From assembly GCF_964204645.1 (NCBI RefSeq), contig NC_134034.1, positions 2,418,072-2,482,071 on the forward strand: a DNA stretch of 64,000 bases, in the 5' to 3' direction. The stretch is from Tubulanus polymorphus (lineage: Eukaryota; Animalia; Nemertea). The position numbers and the translations under genes were made by a program. Of the stretch, positions 1 through 13,880 are shown one piece after another; position 1 is the first letter of the stretch; each line of letters starts with the position of its first letter. The notes below the pieces were generated by a model that was not told where the DNA came from, did not search any database, and saw only the letters and a list, made by a program, of their open reading frames with translations.

Positions 1-1772
1 CCAGTACGCCGTACGATTTCAGTTTTCGCGTAGGCATCCCCCTCTACGCGGTACTGCCGTAGAACATGGTTTTGTCTGATTGTAGAGACATCGAATCGAC
101 ATCGATTTATTCATGTGACGTACAATGTGTGTTTGTTTTCATTCCGATGAATAAAATATACGTGTATATTTTATATAATAATCCAAGCATTTATGAATTC
201 ATAGATCTGATGAAAACGACATCTAACAATCTCTTGAAAATTAAGGGACGGAAATTGCTTCTTAGGGTGATATACCTAAACGTAAAAGAAATGTATGTAT
301 ATTTTGAGGTCAAACGCCAACTGCAAAATCAATGAACGATCGCCATACAAGGTTCATAATCACTTCGACGAATAAATACACAGCTATTTGATGATAAACT
401 ATCAAATATTTCTTTTAGTTAGTTAACCGATCAGGGTCCAGTTACGTTGATAAAAAGCTTCCAGCTTGAAAATGTTAAGTAGATTTTCAAAATTCCCTGT
501 ACCTGTACCGAGTAATAGGTGCCTACGAGTGATTACGTTGTACTGGGAAAATCCGGGTCGCGTTACGCCGTAAGGAACAACTGTACACCAATTCCACCAG
601 ATGGCGCATTAGTGGCGAGGTACCATGCTGGTACGGATGATATTATTCCAGCGGTCGCGCAATTTTGGGTATATCCTCGTTGATGAAGATCTTTAGTAAA
701 GGCAGATTTGATTATATCTCTGACAAGAAAACTCAAACATTGAAAATATGCGTGAATTCGATTTTCTGAAAATGATATCTTTTGCCCTAAAGATACACAT
801 TTCATGACCACTAAAATCATAATTTTTACGTATTTTGCAGTCGACGACAATCCATTTTCAGTTTGAAAATGAATGCTTAAACGCAAGACTACAGGGACAT
901 GAATAGGGACAGGGATTTGAATAGTGATTTTCACACCTTTCACGAACGATGTAGGACTGCCGTAAACAAGCGCTGGTAATTGCAAACGACGACATCAGTT
1001 TACGCATTTGCAGGTTTTTTTCACATGCTCGTTTTCGTTCTCACGAAAAGGTCAGTCCACAAAAAATCAGCGAGGACTTTAGGGGGAGGAGGGTGCATGT
1101 GCCCCTGTGCATCCCTGGATCAGCCGCTGAGGGGTGCAGAGTACCTTGATTGCCGTGTTTCTGTTAAACATGGGACCGGAGAGATACTCGCATCTTGTCT
1201 GGCCTCGTTCGTACAGACGAAAAAAAAACCTGTATTAACAGGTGACGGGTCATTGAACCGGCATAAATTCCCATAAATCATAGCGCGGTCCGGCGCCAGA
1301 CGAAAGACAGGCCACGAGGAAACCGATGATAAAATCAGTAACAATCTAAATCCCATCAGCGTCGTTACTGTAGTCGAGCTGTTGAACAGAGTGTATCACT
1401 GTTGTCTGATTATTCTTTATATCGAGTGTTTATCGGATTAGGAACTGACCGCCATCACACCTCTTACAAAGCAATCTACGACAAATTGGTTTACCAAGTT
1501 GAACTCGCCGGTATTCCGATGATACCCGTGCGTGGTAAAAGTGCACCTGTCAACCCCTTGGCACAGGGAAATTTAGCCCAAAACACATGTTAGAAATACG
1601 ATTTTCGATAAGGTCTCGATTCAATACTATAGTGGTAATCTAAAGTTTCACATGGAGACGGGGGTCTAGACTTTGTAATTGGAAAATTAAAAAAAAAGGA
1701 TCATTTTCTGGGCATCTAGGGAAATTCTTAAACAAAGGGTCATGCAATCATTTGACCACATTAGTTCAACTT

Positions 1773-2097
<325 letters not shown>

Positions 2098-2563
2098 TGC
2101 CCCAAAACAAGAAAAAAGTCTATACGGCTCGATTCCCGACGAAAATCCGGCTATCAATTTCTGTATTTTGCTAGTTAATGGCGGATAAGACGCGTAGAAC
2201 CAACGATCATTTAAATAGATGAGTTTTCATAATTATCTCTGAAATCAGGCCGTCGCATCGAGTCAGATGTGGATTTGTCGGTGACCACGGGGATTACTGC
2301 GGGCTGATTCGATTCGCTGTTATTCCCGGTTTATCCGCCATACCGGAAGTGCTGTAGATTACCCGGTAACCGCCGTGGCATTCGGCTAAAGTCGACTTTG
2401 ACACGCGCGAAAGTCAATCTAGATGGATTCAATGATTATTGGTACTCGTCGAAAACTGAGTGAAATCGAAAAAACCAACAATTCGAATATTCTGCGAGAA
2501 GGACAAGACTACCAACGAACCGTAATATATATACGAAAGTCGCTTATGAATTTTACACTTCAG

Positions 2564-2693
2564 GGCCCAGTTTCACGAAAAAGTTTAAGCCTAAAACGGT
2601 TAAGTTTGAATTGTTGTCCTCATTGAAAACATGAAGTAACCATTGGCAATTACACCAAAAATTTGAGTTTAACTTTTTTTGTGAAACCGAGCC
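2564..2693. mobile_element. MITE, PIF/Harbinger-like (family 2)
   Basis: TIRs GGCCCAGTTTCACGAAAAA / TTTTTGTGAAACCGAGCC flanked by CAG...CAG; a truncated inverted copy lies at ~18963-19063. Confidence 0.75.
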
Positions 2694-3005
2694 CAGAAAT
2701 TTGATACATTACTTTTCAATTCAAGCTTATCAACTTGCCGGGTGTTAGTTTCAGTCCTTGAATCCGGAGTGAGAACGGATGAAACATGAAACTTTTTCGT
2801 CTGATATACTGAATGTTTTACTGAGACATTTCAGGACCTAAAAGTTAACGAACGAGATATGAAAGAATGAATATTAAAAAAAATCACATTCGCACTGTTA
2901 ACTGGATCCAAAGTCAGATTCATTCCACATGCTTATGGAACTGAATTCAGTATCAGATCAAATCCACATAAATGTGGAACTGGGACTAGCGTCAAATCAA
3001 ATCAA

Positions 3006-3176
3006 CGTTCTACTTGTGACAACCGAGGATCCACAAGGTGTCGCTAGTGTGCAGTAGGACATCAACTACTGCTGCAATAGCGGATACGACTTGTGGCAAA
3101 TGATGATCCATCAGTTGGTCGCTAGTGTTCAGTAGGACATCAACTACTGCGGCAATAGAAGGTTCTACTTGTGGCA
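3006..3176 (+). repeat. 77-bp dispersed minisatellite cluster
   Basis: About 2 units of GAGGATTCCACTTGTGGCAAGTGAGGATCCACCAGGTGTCGCTAGTGTGCAGTAGGACATCAACTACTGCGGCAATA. Confidence 0.85.
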
Positions 3177-3709
3177 TGTCGCAGATTTGTGGATATTGCA
3201 GACATCATAGGTTCACCCAGAAATTACGTGTATAAGCTTAAATGTATATCTGCCACAATAAATGAATGATAACTAACTCAGATATATTACGATAAAGTGT
3301 CTAGACGCTTCGAAGAGAAAAGGCAGCTATTAATTTGGAATCGGCTGAAGATGCGCCAAGCCGCAGACGAATCCCCGGAAAAAAATCGATGCGATATTTC
3401 GACTGTGTTTTTTATCTCGTATAAGAGAACGCGTCTAGACACAATACCGTATCATAAAGACAAATGGCTCGGTGATTATAACCGATCGCGCCGTATGTCA
3501 CTTCACAGAGGGCCATCTCCGATCAACATTCGCCGTCGACGAGTTATCGGTCGTTCGTATAGTCGTTATCTCCAGGGCTACGTGGTCGGGAAAACAACGA
3601 AATATATAAAAATGGTCAGTCGCCGTGTCGTACGATTTCAGCTCGAATTGGAACAAGAATCTAGATGTCGATCTTCGATTAGAATGCAATCGTCAACTGC
3701 ATTTGTCCT

Positions 3710-3890
3710 GCCCTGTGGCATGGTGGATAAGGTGTTTGACCGAGAGGTTGTGGGTTCGAATCCTTGTGAAACCGTGTTATTCGGGTAGGACGCTATCAGT
3801 GCACTGACCTAACAACAAAAGCCCGTACCTGGCAAAAATTTTCAACATGATGAAGTAGGCCAGTAACAGGTAGAACTAGAACTAGAACTG
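3710..3890 (+). mobile_element. tRNA-derived SINE
   Basis: A-box TGGCATGGTGG, B-box GGTTCGAATCC, non-tRNA body and (TAGAAC)n tail; no complete cloverleaf. Confidence 0.65.
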
Positions 3891-4009
3891 TGTGTTCATC
3901 GGCTTGTTTCGAACTAGCAAAATTCAACTCTTCAACTATAAAGAAGATTGGCGGAATCACAAAGGTGGTAAAAATCATATTAATCATGATTAGGCCCACC
4001 TGTGATCTT

Positions 4010-4413
4010 AGTTCCACGTTGGTTTAATTTGATTTGCACCGAGTTCTGCAGTTTTTTGGGTTTAATTCGATTCTGAATCCACTTCCACAGTTGTGATGGT
4101 TTTATTCGACTCTCTGAACCCAGTTTGCGGATTTTTACCCCGGAACCAATTCCACAGTTGTGTGGGTTTAATTTGACTGTGAATCTAGTTCCACAGTTAT
4201 GTGGCTTTAGTTTGACTCTGGATCCAGTTCCACAGTCGTGTGGGTTCAATTTGACTCTGGATCCAGTTTCACAGTTGTGCGGGTGTAGTTTGACCCAGGA
4301 CGCAGTTCCACAGCTGCGCAGGTTTAATTTGACTCTGGGCCAAGTTCCAAAGTTATGAGGCCTTAATTTGATTCTGGATCTAGTTCCAACATTGTGTGGG
4401 TTTAATTTGACTG
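4010..4413 (+). repeat. 39-bp minisatellite array
   Basis: About 10 units of CCAGTTCCACAGTTGTGTGGGTTTAATTTGACTCTGGAT. Confidence 0.9.
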
Positions 4414-6121
4414 GGAAAAATCGACAGATTTTCTGACTCTTATTTCACTCGGTCACGGTTCAGTACAAACGTATGTTCAAACGACCAACGAAACATATAA
4501 AAATCGAATCATTCAAATAGTGAAAGATAAAGTTTGTCAAACCACCTTATAGCCTTCCTATAATCTTCAAATATCTTCAAATTTGTAGAGCTTCGGTGCT
4601 CGCAGTCAATCGGCAGATTAACTAATATTGGAAAATATTTGCTAGGGATGTTCAGACACTCCTAAAGTGACACTAATTAAATGATTTAGATAATTACTAA
4701 TCTATATCGATTAAGATATTGTATTGTGAAAACGTAACGCATTTATATATAACGTAATGTATTTATAATTTTGTTCAGTTTATTATTATTGTCAAACAAG
4801 TGTAAAACACTTGGACGAAATAAACATTATCCATATTCATATTCATATAATCAATGATGGGAACGATAGGAATTCTCATCGGTAATTGATTGTTTTCAAT
4901 AGGTTCACGGTACAATTCCCTTGAGTACGCCATCAAGCGAATGCTGCACAGAGTAGTAGTTGGCTCGTTATTCGACAAAACGCCTCCTAAGATAAATCCA
5001 CGTTTACAAATTGCTATCACGAGTTCGCTGCCGGTTTCGTACTGGCAGTGATTCGTTTTGTCAAAACGCTGCAAGCCGTACTTAACGTAACGTACGTCAT
5101 TTGTCCGACGACACACTGGCAACCGTGGAAACGACGTTCTTTCTGACGTTGACAATAAAACCCTATTCATCACGGGATCAGGGTAAGCCCACGACGGAAC
5201 GATTTACGCGAGCGCTACTCGCTTGCCGCAGTTAACGTTACAATGATGTAATTAATTGACTTGTGTTCGGAGGAACAAAACCTTGTTCGACACTCAAATA
5301 TTTTTTTATCCGGTTAACTTTTTGATGAAATCTATATATATATATATCACATCACTAGGGAACCAGGAGTTGGCAATTTGATAATGGAGTCTGCCATCAT
5401 TCCTAGAAAATATCCTCGAAATATCTAGTTTGAACGACTAGTGGGCAATTCGATTAAATGTCCATCGAAATTCTATAGCCGAAGTTGGCGAACTGATGAT
5501 GTCATAATGGGATTTCTGGAGGCAGCCAACTTTTCTAAAATGACATAGATCAAATTTGTAGTAGGTAAGTTAGTGCTCTCATAGGGGCATGAGTATGGGC
5601 AGCCAACATTTCTGGGATCGGGGAATGCCGTGGTTCAAATCGCTTGTAGGATACGTTACATCGGGCGTAAGCTATATTTGTGAAATTGGGTCGACGGATC
5701 ATAAGCGTTTTGTGTAACATCATATTTAGTATTCCCGAAGGAATTCTCAATAATGTGAACGGTTCAGCGCGCATCCACGTGTTGTTACTTGTGCAATTAA
5801 ACAAAAATATATTCCGAACTCGAAAGCAGCAAAATTCTGATGAATTTTTATATTGAAAATGACAAGTTCCGTGATTCATGGTTTGTTTACTTTGTAGAGC
5901 ACATCAATTCTACGGCAAGCGAGTGAATCGACTACGGATGCGACGGCACTCGAGGAGATAGAGGGAGAAGGAAAAGAAAGACGCTTTGATCTTTTAGCTC
6001 GAACATTTTATACGTTTTAAAAGGCAAAAAGCTGGATAAGCTTGAACTACGGCTCCAAAAGCTTAGCGTCTCAGCAGCTGGAGGTGACTTTTGCTACGCA
6101 GAAACAATGCGTTGAATAAGC

Positions 6122-6335
6122 AGTTCCGCAGTTTTACAACTGTGGAACTGGATCCAGAGTCAAATTAAACCCATACAACTGTAGAACTGGTTTTAGAGTC
6201 GAATTAAACCCGCATAACTATGGGACTGGGTCTAGAGTCAAATTAAACCCACACAGATGTAGAACTGGTTTTATTTTCAATTTAGACCCACGCAATTGTG
6301 GAACTGGATCCACAGTGAAATGAAACTCAGACTCT
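6122..6335 (-). repeat. 39-bp minisatellite array (inverted)
   Basis: About 5 units of ACTGTGGAACTGGATCCAGAGTCAAATTAAACCC. Confidence 0.85.
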
Positions 6336-7994
6336 TGGGTTCATTTGCATATTTAAATGAGCAGAAGCTAAAACGGGCAGCAGCTTATTTGCATATTGAT
6401 ATTGATTCCAACCAAGTCGTCTGACATCGTCCACACTCCCTCGATACTGCATAGACAATTCTCTGCTCAGAGCAATCAGTTTAGGATAATTGAAAATCGG
6501 GGACTCAAAGAACCTTAAATCTTTTTTGTAACACTCCCTCGGGGCGTTTAACGCATTTACGAGTAGCCTAGAATCGTTTTCGAAAAATCGATGTCACGCG
6601 CAGCTTATTTCCGCCCGAAGACGATTAAATTCTACCATCAGCATTTTACTACCGTTCACTGCGAGTCATTCAGTTCATTACGTGTCGAGCCCGACGCCGT
6701 CGTCCAAAAAAACCGAACGACATTTCGAACGAATTTCTCAGACGGGTAAATCGATAAACGCCGTAAATGGACCCGCGATCGTCCGTCGTCTGCCATCTCT
6801 AAACATACGATCCATCAAAAACCTGTCAAAATAGCCTCAACACACGCTTTACCGTCAAAATACCGACAAGACATCCAGCATCGAATATCAAAGATGTGCC
6901 ATACGTTGCTGCTCTGATGTGGTTCTATTACTCCGTCTGCCTTAAAAATGCATTTCTTATACGTAGGTATATATGCATGAGGCATGCAGACGGCAGGTCG
7001 ATACTAAAAAAATGGATCTAAGTATATATTTCAATCATTATAGGAACGGATAAGATGTATAAGGGAAATACTTCACGGTCGGTCCGCTTTAGAAGTTTAT
7101 ATCTGCCGCTTTTTCCGCCGAGCCGAAACGCGAAATTTCGTCTGTACGTGTCACCGATGAGTTTTAACGCTCAAATTTGTTTTAAGGCCATCATCGGGTT
7201 GGACCTTCCCCGATGAGAACCTCCCCTGTTCGTTTAGACCCTCTAAATACAGGCCTGAGTGGTCCCTGATGATATTATCGGGAGTGTCATCGTGATGATA
7301 ATCTACCAGCGGCCGTGGTCGTCGACCTAGAATGATGGTAAACGAACAACATTGAATGCTAACGACGAGGTGTTCTAGATTTTGAAATCACATGAAGAAA
7401 TCATTATTAAGTTTATTTATTTATTTATTTCCTGGATAATTTACATCAATAAATAAATACCAGACAAAATGACGATAGATAATTAATTTGATTCACACAA
7501 ACATATATTAACTGATGTAAAATAACAGCAGGGCAACCAGAGAAAAGCAGAGCTTGTAATATCAGGCACCGAAGAAGGAACAAATAGAGATGAAATACTG
7601 AAACGAATCATGTTTTCACTGGATGAAGTCATCGAAAATGAGACGGTCAACTTTCCAAAGTTCAACGAGATAATCATCGCTTTGCCATCGTCGAAGGCCT
7701 TCACAAAAAGTAACAAAATCCTAATTAAACGGATACCCGTGAATTCGTTCGCGAGGCTGCAGTTCGAACTTTCAACCTAGTGGCGTTTGTTGCCGATTGA
7801 ATGACCTTGTAGATAAAAATGCGACCATTAATCAAAACCGGTGAAGCCTCGTCTAAATGATAAATAGTTTGACGCATTTACCTTTAATGGTTTCAGGGAT
7901 TTAGAGCTTGCAAGTAACCGTGTAATAATGCGCATCGTCCGTACATCATATGGAGTCACGAACTCAACATTAAGCTATCAGTTATGGACTCCAA

Positions 7995-8308
7995 GGGCCA
8001 GTTGTACAGTTATGACTTAAGTCCAAAAAAAGTCTTAGATCTTAAGACTGATCTTAACCCTTTCAGTGCATCTACACCGCAGTAGTAACTAACGATACAC
8101 CGCACCACGGTGTAGACGCACTATAGTGCTATTCCCGTTATTCAACACACTAGGGTGGAATTTTAGAAAATGTTCAAATTATCTCCAGTACGATAGGGTA
8201 TTAATTAGTCAGCACTGAAAGGGTTTAGTCATTAGATTGGCCATAGAACTAAGTTGGTCTTAGACTAAGTTGGTCTTAAGTCTAAGCCACGACTATGCAA
8301 CCGGCCCC
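7995..8308. mobile_element. Harbinger-like MITE (family 1) interrupted by a piggyBac-like MITE
   Basis: Ends GGGCCAGTTGTACAGT / GACTATGCAACCGGCCCC; the halves match the intact copy at 27800-27938. Confidence 0.8.
8058..8223. mobile_element. piggyBac-like MITE
   Basis: TIRs CCCTTTCAGTGC / GCACTGAAAGGG flanked by TTAA / TTTA; a shorter relative of 33405-33692 in the opposite orientation. Confidence 0.85.
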
Positions 8309-9924
8309 TAATAGTCAATTATATGCCCGATAACCTGATCAGTCCTGTTCGTTCTGTCCAGTGTTGTTGGTATACATAACATAAATCTTAGTCAAAATAT
8401 GGCCTTAACTTCGTATCTGTAACGATGGATTCTGTGCCCTCGCAGTGCAAAACTATATACCCCCCGTACTAACGTTGTACACAGGTTTCTTCAAGCTCGA
8501 TCCACTAAGCTTTGCTGAAAGACGGACACAGACAAACCCATACTCGTAAACAGAGGGACAGTACGAAAATTAGAGTCTCGCGGAAGCCCGAAAACCAATT
8601 ATGCAAATAAGGTTACGTCGCTCAGGTATTACAAATGGGGTACCTGCTACACGCACCAGGTGGCGCAATACTACGGTCGACTCATCTTAAACTTTATGCT
8701 AATATAGAAATATTTTCTCATTCAATTTGTCTGTCTATATTTGTATGTGATTGTGTTTATATTTTGAACATTTTTATATTTTATATTTTGTATTCAATCT
8801 GACCTCCGTGATCCAGATTCTTATGGTAGGAAATGGTGAAATGAATATTGTATCGTACCTTTCACGTAGAGAGTAATTCAGTTAAGTTCAGGTAGAATTT
8901 CAAGGCTCCTAAATCAAATATTATCAATCGAGTCATCGAACGGTATTTTGAATAGATCTAAATTAAAAAATTGACCCATTTTAACAAAAAAATCGAATTG
9001 CATCGAAAAATAGAAGAAATCGAATACGAATACGAATATTTATTTACACTCCAACCATTTCCATGGTATATGGAGGAAAAACAGTATTTACAATAATTAC
9101 ATAAACAGTAGATAAAAGCTACAAAACTTAATTAACTGGTTTCGCACTTATGTACAAAATATACTATTTACTATTTACAATACATATATTTACAATACAT
9201 ATACTACCGGAGGGATTTCGAAGCGCCTGAACACTAGCGAACCTGGCGGATCCTGGTGAAATCCTCGCAGCCGTGCAGAGCAGCCGTGCAGGTACTTCAT
9301 TAGCAGTAAGTTTGTTTGGCTTGTTTGCAATTTATTTATCAGTCCTGTTATGGTCCGGCGATGAGTTGTTCACTGAAAAACCTCGCTGCAAACGCAATAT
9401 GATACATCGGCTTCACCGAGGCTCTAATTGTGAAGACCTATGAACCCGTGTCCACTGCCTGACATTCTATGCGGTGTCGGGTATAGATTATCGATGTCGG
9501 ATAATTTAGCGTCTCATATCGTTGTGAATATAGTTTTATAGAATAATATCACGTATGATTTGATACCCCGCACGCGGCGAGGATCACAGACAATAAACAC
9601 GGTTTAGAAGTAACCGAGAAACTGTTAGGACTTTTCTACATATCATCTTCTGCGGGTTTTCATTCGTTCACTCTACCTTGAGATTAATATCAGTTAGTGA
9701 AAATATCGAAATGCAAAATTTTACCAATTCTCAGAGATACATTCTGAAGAAATGTTCCGTTAACGGTAGATAATATTGCGTAGGGATTCTGTGTTTACAC
9801 GTATGTGACACAAACCCATTCAAATTGGGTGTTAATTGTATCACCACTTTCCGACCGCCTCAATTTGAATTCTCCGTGTCCGTTGATTCGGATGCAGGCG
9901 ATATCGAAGTGCGGAATACCGAGT

Positions 9925-10790
9925 GACTACTAGCGAAATCTGGTGAATCCTCACTTGCCATGAGCGGGATCGTCCTCTGTCATAGTAGTTCATGACCGAC
10001 AGCTTACCAGAAACACCTGATGGATCCGCAGTTGTCATATGTGGAGTCATGTTTTGGTGCGTCGATGTTCTACTTCACTAGCGCCACCTGGTGGATCTCC
10101 ACTTGACCCCATTGAAATTCGCTTTTGTAGATTTTAATGTCGTCCTGCACACTAGCGACACCTAATGGATGCTGACTTGCCACAAGTGAAATTCTCTACT
10201 GTTGCAGCAGTTGATGTCCTACTGCACACCTGGTGGATCCTACTTTCCACAATTAGACCCTCTTTCAGCTGGCTCGATACGTGATGTCCTACTACACACT
10301 AGCGACACCTGGTGGTTCCTACTCCCCATAAGTAGAATCATTTTTAGCCGGCTCGATACGTGATGTCCTACTACACACTAGCGACACCTGGTGGTTCCTA
10401 CTCCCCATAAGTAGAATCCTCTTTAAGCCGGCTCGATACGTGATGTCCTACTACACACTAGCGACACCTGGTGGTTCCTACTCCCCATAAGTAGAATCAT
10501 TTTTAGCCGGCTCGATACGTGATGTCCTACTACACACTAGCGACACCTGGTGGTTCCTACTCCCCATAAGTAGAATCATTTTTAGCCGGCTCGATACGTG
10601 ATGTCCTACTACACACTAGCGACACCTGGTGGTTCCTACTCCCCATAAGTAGAATCATTTTTAGCCGGCTCGATACGTGATGTCCTACTACACACTAGCG
10701 ACACCTGGTGGATCCTACTCTCCACAAGTAGAATCCTCTTTAAGCCGCCTCGATACGTGATGTCCTACCGCGCACTTGCGTACGGTAGCG
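9925..10790 (-). repeat. 77-bp family cluster including a homogenised 79/80-bp variant array (10262-10780)
   Basis: Near-identical GCTCGATACGTGATGTCCTACTACACACTAGCGACACCTGGTGG... units at 79-80 bp spacing. Confidence 0.9.
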
Positions 10791-11349
10791 TCGTCGGGTT
10801 CTCATTTCAATGCTGTCAAACATTAAGCCAAACTACTTTTATACTTGCCGATTCTCGACCGTCATATGAATCATTCCGCAAAAGCCCAATATTTCCCCCA
10901 TCCCGAAATGCGCGTTCCTATCCATAATTCAACGTAACTTAGATTGTCACCGGCAGGTGCGAGGTATTACGGAGAAAAATCAATATTTTGATGCAACGTA
11001 ATATACCGCAGGACAAATTGATATGGGTAATTGATCTATTAATGTTGACCGTGGAAAAAACGGCTCTCCTAAAGCAATCGGCGTGCCATGAACCCGGCGG
11101 TAAATTCATTACTTTATCGATTTACGGTAAGTAGGTAATAGCGTGACACAAATTCATACTCCGTAGTCTCACCCGAATACCATTAGCGACATCTGCCGGT
11201 TTAGTTCCAGTTCGATGTTGTATTGATCGATGCCCTTTCAGGATGTGTCGGCGATCACGAAACGTTGCGACTGATGAATCCGGTTTTTAAGTTTTGAAAG
11301 CCTTTTTTGCGGACTGTTCGGCCATTAGGCAACAGACAGCGACAGCGAC

Positions 11350-11980
11350 TGTACCGCCAGATGGCGTGAATCGAAGTCGGTCTTTTTTTGGTCGAAAACC
11401 AGTTCATTTTCAGTCTTGTACTTTGGATTTTTAAACTCCTAAATATAAATATTATCATATAAACGTCAATGAAAAAATTAATCTGCGCTCAGTTTTCAAT
11501 AGAGCCTTCATCGATTGATTTTTTAATGGGAAGAACTTGGACTCAAAATTTGACGGAATTTAAGCGTAGGTCACTCGCGGCAAATGGAATTCTCTATAGC
11601 CCCGCGGGAGTTTATGCCCTACGGCACACTGGCGACACCTGTTGGATTCTCACCTGTCACAAGTGTAGTCCTCTATTTGCCGCAGTAGATGATATCTAAC
11701 GACATACTAGCTGCGCCTTTGTCGATCCTCACTTGCCACAGGGGGATCCTCTATAGCCGCAGTAGTTGGTGTCCAATGGCACACTAGCGATGCCTGGCGG
11801 ATCCACACTTGCCACAAGTGGAATCCTCTATTGCCGCAGTAGATGATATCTAACGACATACTAGCTGTGCCTTTGTCGATCCTCACTTGCCACAGGGGGG
11901 AATCCTCCTTAGCCGCAGTAGTTGATGTCCAATGGCACACTAGCGACACCTGATGGATCCTCACTTACCACACCTCTATT
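11350..11980 (-). mobile_element. ~300-bp parent element with its end expanded into about five 77-bp units
   Basis: CCGCCAGATGGCG end, then AGTTCATTTTCA and an AT-rich body, then 77-bp units from 11585; collinear (reverse complement) with 20981-21275. Confidence 0.55.
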
Positions 11981-12754
11981 TCCAGGTGCTCGTCGACATG
12001 GGAAAAGGAAATGAATACGAGATATGGTATGAATCCAAAATAAACTAACTGCAAACGAACCTGAATCCACATTTTGTTAAATGTAGAATCATCGATTGCC
12101 ACAGTAGCGTTTTAAACTGACAATACACCGATTCCATTAAGGAAATAAATACACTCTTTAAACAGCGCGTCTGACATTTTTATTGTCACTTATCTCTAAA
12201 AGGAAGTCGCAGATATTAATAGTAATGTCTCGAATTGTCATCTATACCCGTGGGTTTAGTCCATTAACGTTATTACGCGCTGTCCTCTGAACGTTTTCAT
12301 TTGTTTTAGATAACGATGTTCACATCAGCTCGGGAACACCCTCCCGCGAACTCTGGTGGACGACCAACTGTCGACCCTGACAAAAAAAAATTGGATTTTC
12401 TAAAGATTCCTCTTCTGAGATATATTCAGAACCAATACCTAAAGTGCTTCAGGGAAATCTTCTGATGGATAAAAAAGACCGATCCATTTTCAGCTGGCTT
12501 GTGTTTATCCGCAGTCAAATCGTGACGTATCTACTGTTTACCTGTCACTCATTGGCGAGACGATATTTCGCGTTTGGTATTAGCTATAATCCCGGTATTG
12601 GCTTGATTACTGCTTAGAAAAAAAAATGTCTACTATAATCACATTCCCAGAGCGAATGTAAGAACGAATATTAACTCGAAGTGCAATTAATTTTTCAAAA
12701 TTTCGTTTCGTTTTCTATTGCCGAGATCTGTATTTTAACGAGGTCCCAGTGAGG

Positions 12755-13008
12755 CTACTGCGGCGAGCGAGGATTCCGCTTGTGGCAAGTGACGATCCAC
12801 TAGGTGTCGTTAGTGTGCAGTAGGACATCAACTACTGCGGCAATAGAGGATTCCACTTGTGGCAAGTGAGGATCCACCAGGTGTCGTTAGTGTGCAGTAC
12901 GACATCAACTACTGCAGCAATAGAGGATTCCACTTGTGGCAAGTGAGGATCCACCAGGTGTCGTTAGTGTGTAGTAGGACATCAACTACTGCGGCAATAG
13001 GAGATTCA
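12755..13008 (+). repeat. 77-bp minisatellite cluster
   Basis: Three near-consensus units; an inverted single end follows at 13128-13185. Confidence 0.9.
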
Positions 13009-13645
13009 ACTGTTCAAATGTTCATTTATAACTCCCTGTTTATCCATCAAAAATAGAATTCTAGAAATAATGAATAGATTTCAATTCAATCTGGAAAAAA
13101 AGTAAATTCGGTATCGTTGGCCGAACGTACACTAGCGCACCTGGCGGATCCTCACTTACCACAAGCGGAATCCTCGATTGCCATAGGCAGACGTTAAGCC
13201 GTCATTTCCACATTTCATTCGGAAACCGACGTCGAATCGCGATAACTCATCTTTCTATTTCATGTTAACTCGAGAGTAAAATGCGCACGGATTTTATCAA
13301 ATCGCCGGGTAATTTATCAAATCGCGTAATAAATAATCGAAGTCACGTTTTGATAAAGGAGCGGTCGTCTGGAAAAAAAATGTGCGTTCCACTCGAACGC
13401 GGCGGCTTGAGAGCTGCGCGTGACGTGTACAATTGAAGTGAGCCGAATTTGAAACACGTTGTCATTTTACAATTGATTAGGGACCAAATAGCAACGCAGA
13501 GCCCAGTTGCACGGTTGCGACTCAAGTAGAAAAAAATGGTCTTAAATCTTGAGACTGGTCCGGCGTAAGTTGTTAGAACGGCGAGTTATCAGTTAGTCAT
13601 AGATGTCCAATATTGGCGCATTAATTTCAAATACCAGTCAGTTGT

Positions 13646-13880
13646 AGTACGATTAACACACTCAAACGTGGTGAACGGATAAAAAAGATTAAAACCCACT
13701 ATCTACGGATTAAAAGAATTTAAAATCAAGAATTTATTTATTCGAACAATCTGAAATATATAATAAACACGACGTTTCGATTTCACCCTAGAGACCATCG
13801 TCTATATTTTAGATTGTTCGAATAAATAAATTCTTGATTTCAAATTCTTTTAATCTGTAGATAGTGGGTTTTAATCTTTT
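13646..13880 (-). mobile_element. Penelope-like palindromic relic with decayed hammerhead core
   Basis: ~80-bp inverted arms (13682-13760 / 13803-13881). The loop reads GACGATGGTCTCTAGGGTGAAATCGAAACGTCG on the minus strand. A 14-bp direct repeat TACCAGTYAGTTGT flanks it (13632-13645, 13881-13894). Confidence 0.6.

Noticed and set aside
563-985. 140-aa minus-strand ORF
   Set aside because: Non-ATG start, no recognisable motif and no supporting splice partners.
3297-3788. 163-aa plus-strand ORF
   Set aside because: GTG start, no recognisable domain, and it runs into a SINE head.
7188-7305. Cluster of small hairpins containing CTGATGA
   Set aside because: No complete hammerhead or C/D snoRNA architecture is identifiable.
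10262-10780. CRISPR-like appearance of the 77-80-bp and other arrays
   Set aside because: Whole units repeat with no unique spacers, there are no cas genes, and the context is eukaryotic.
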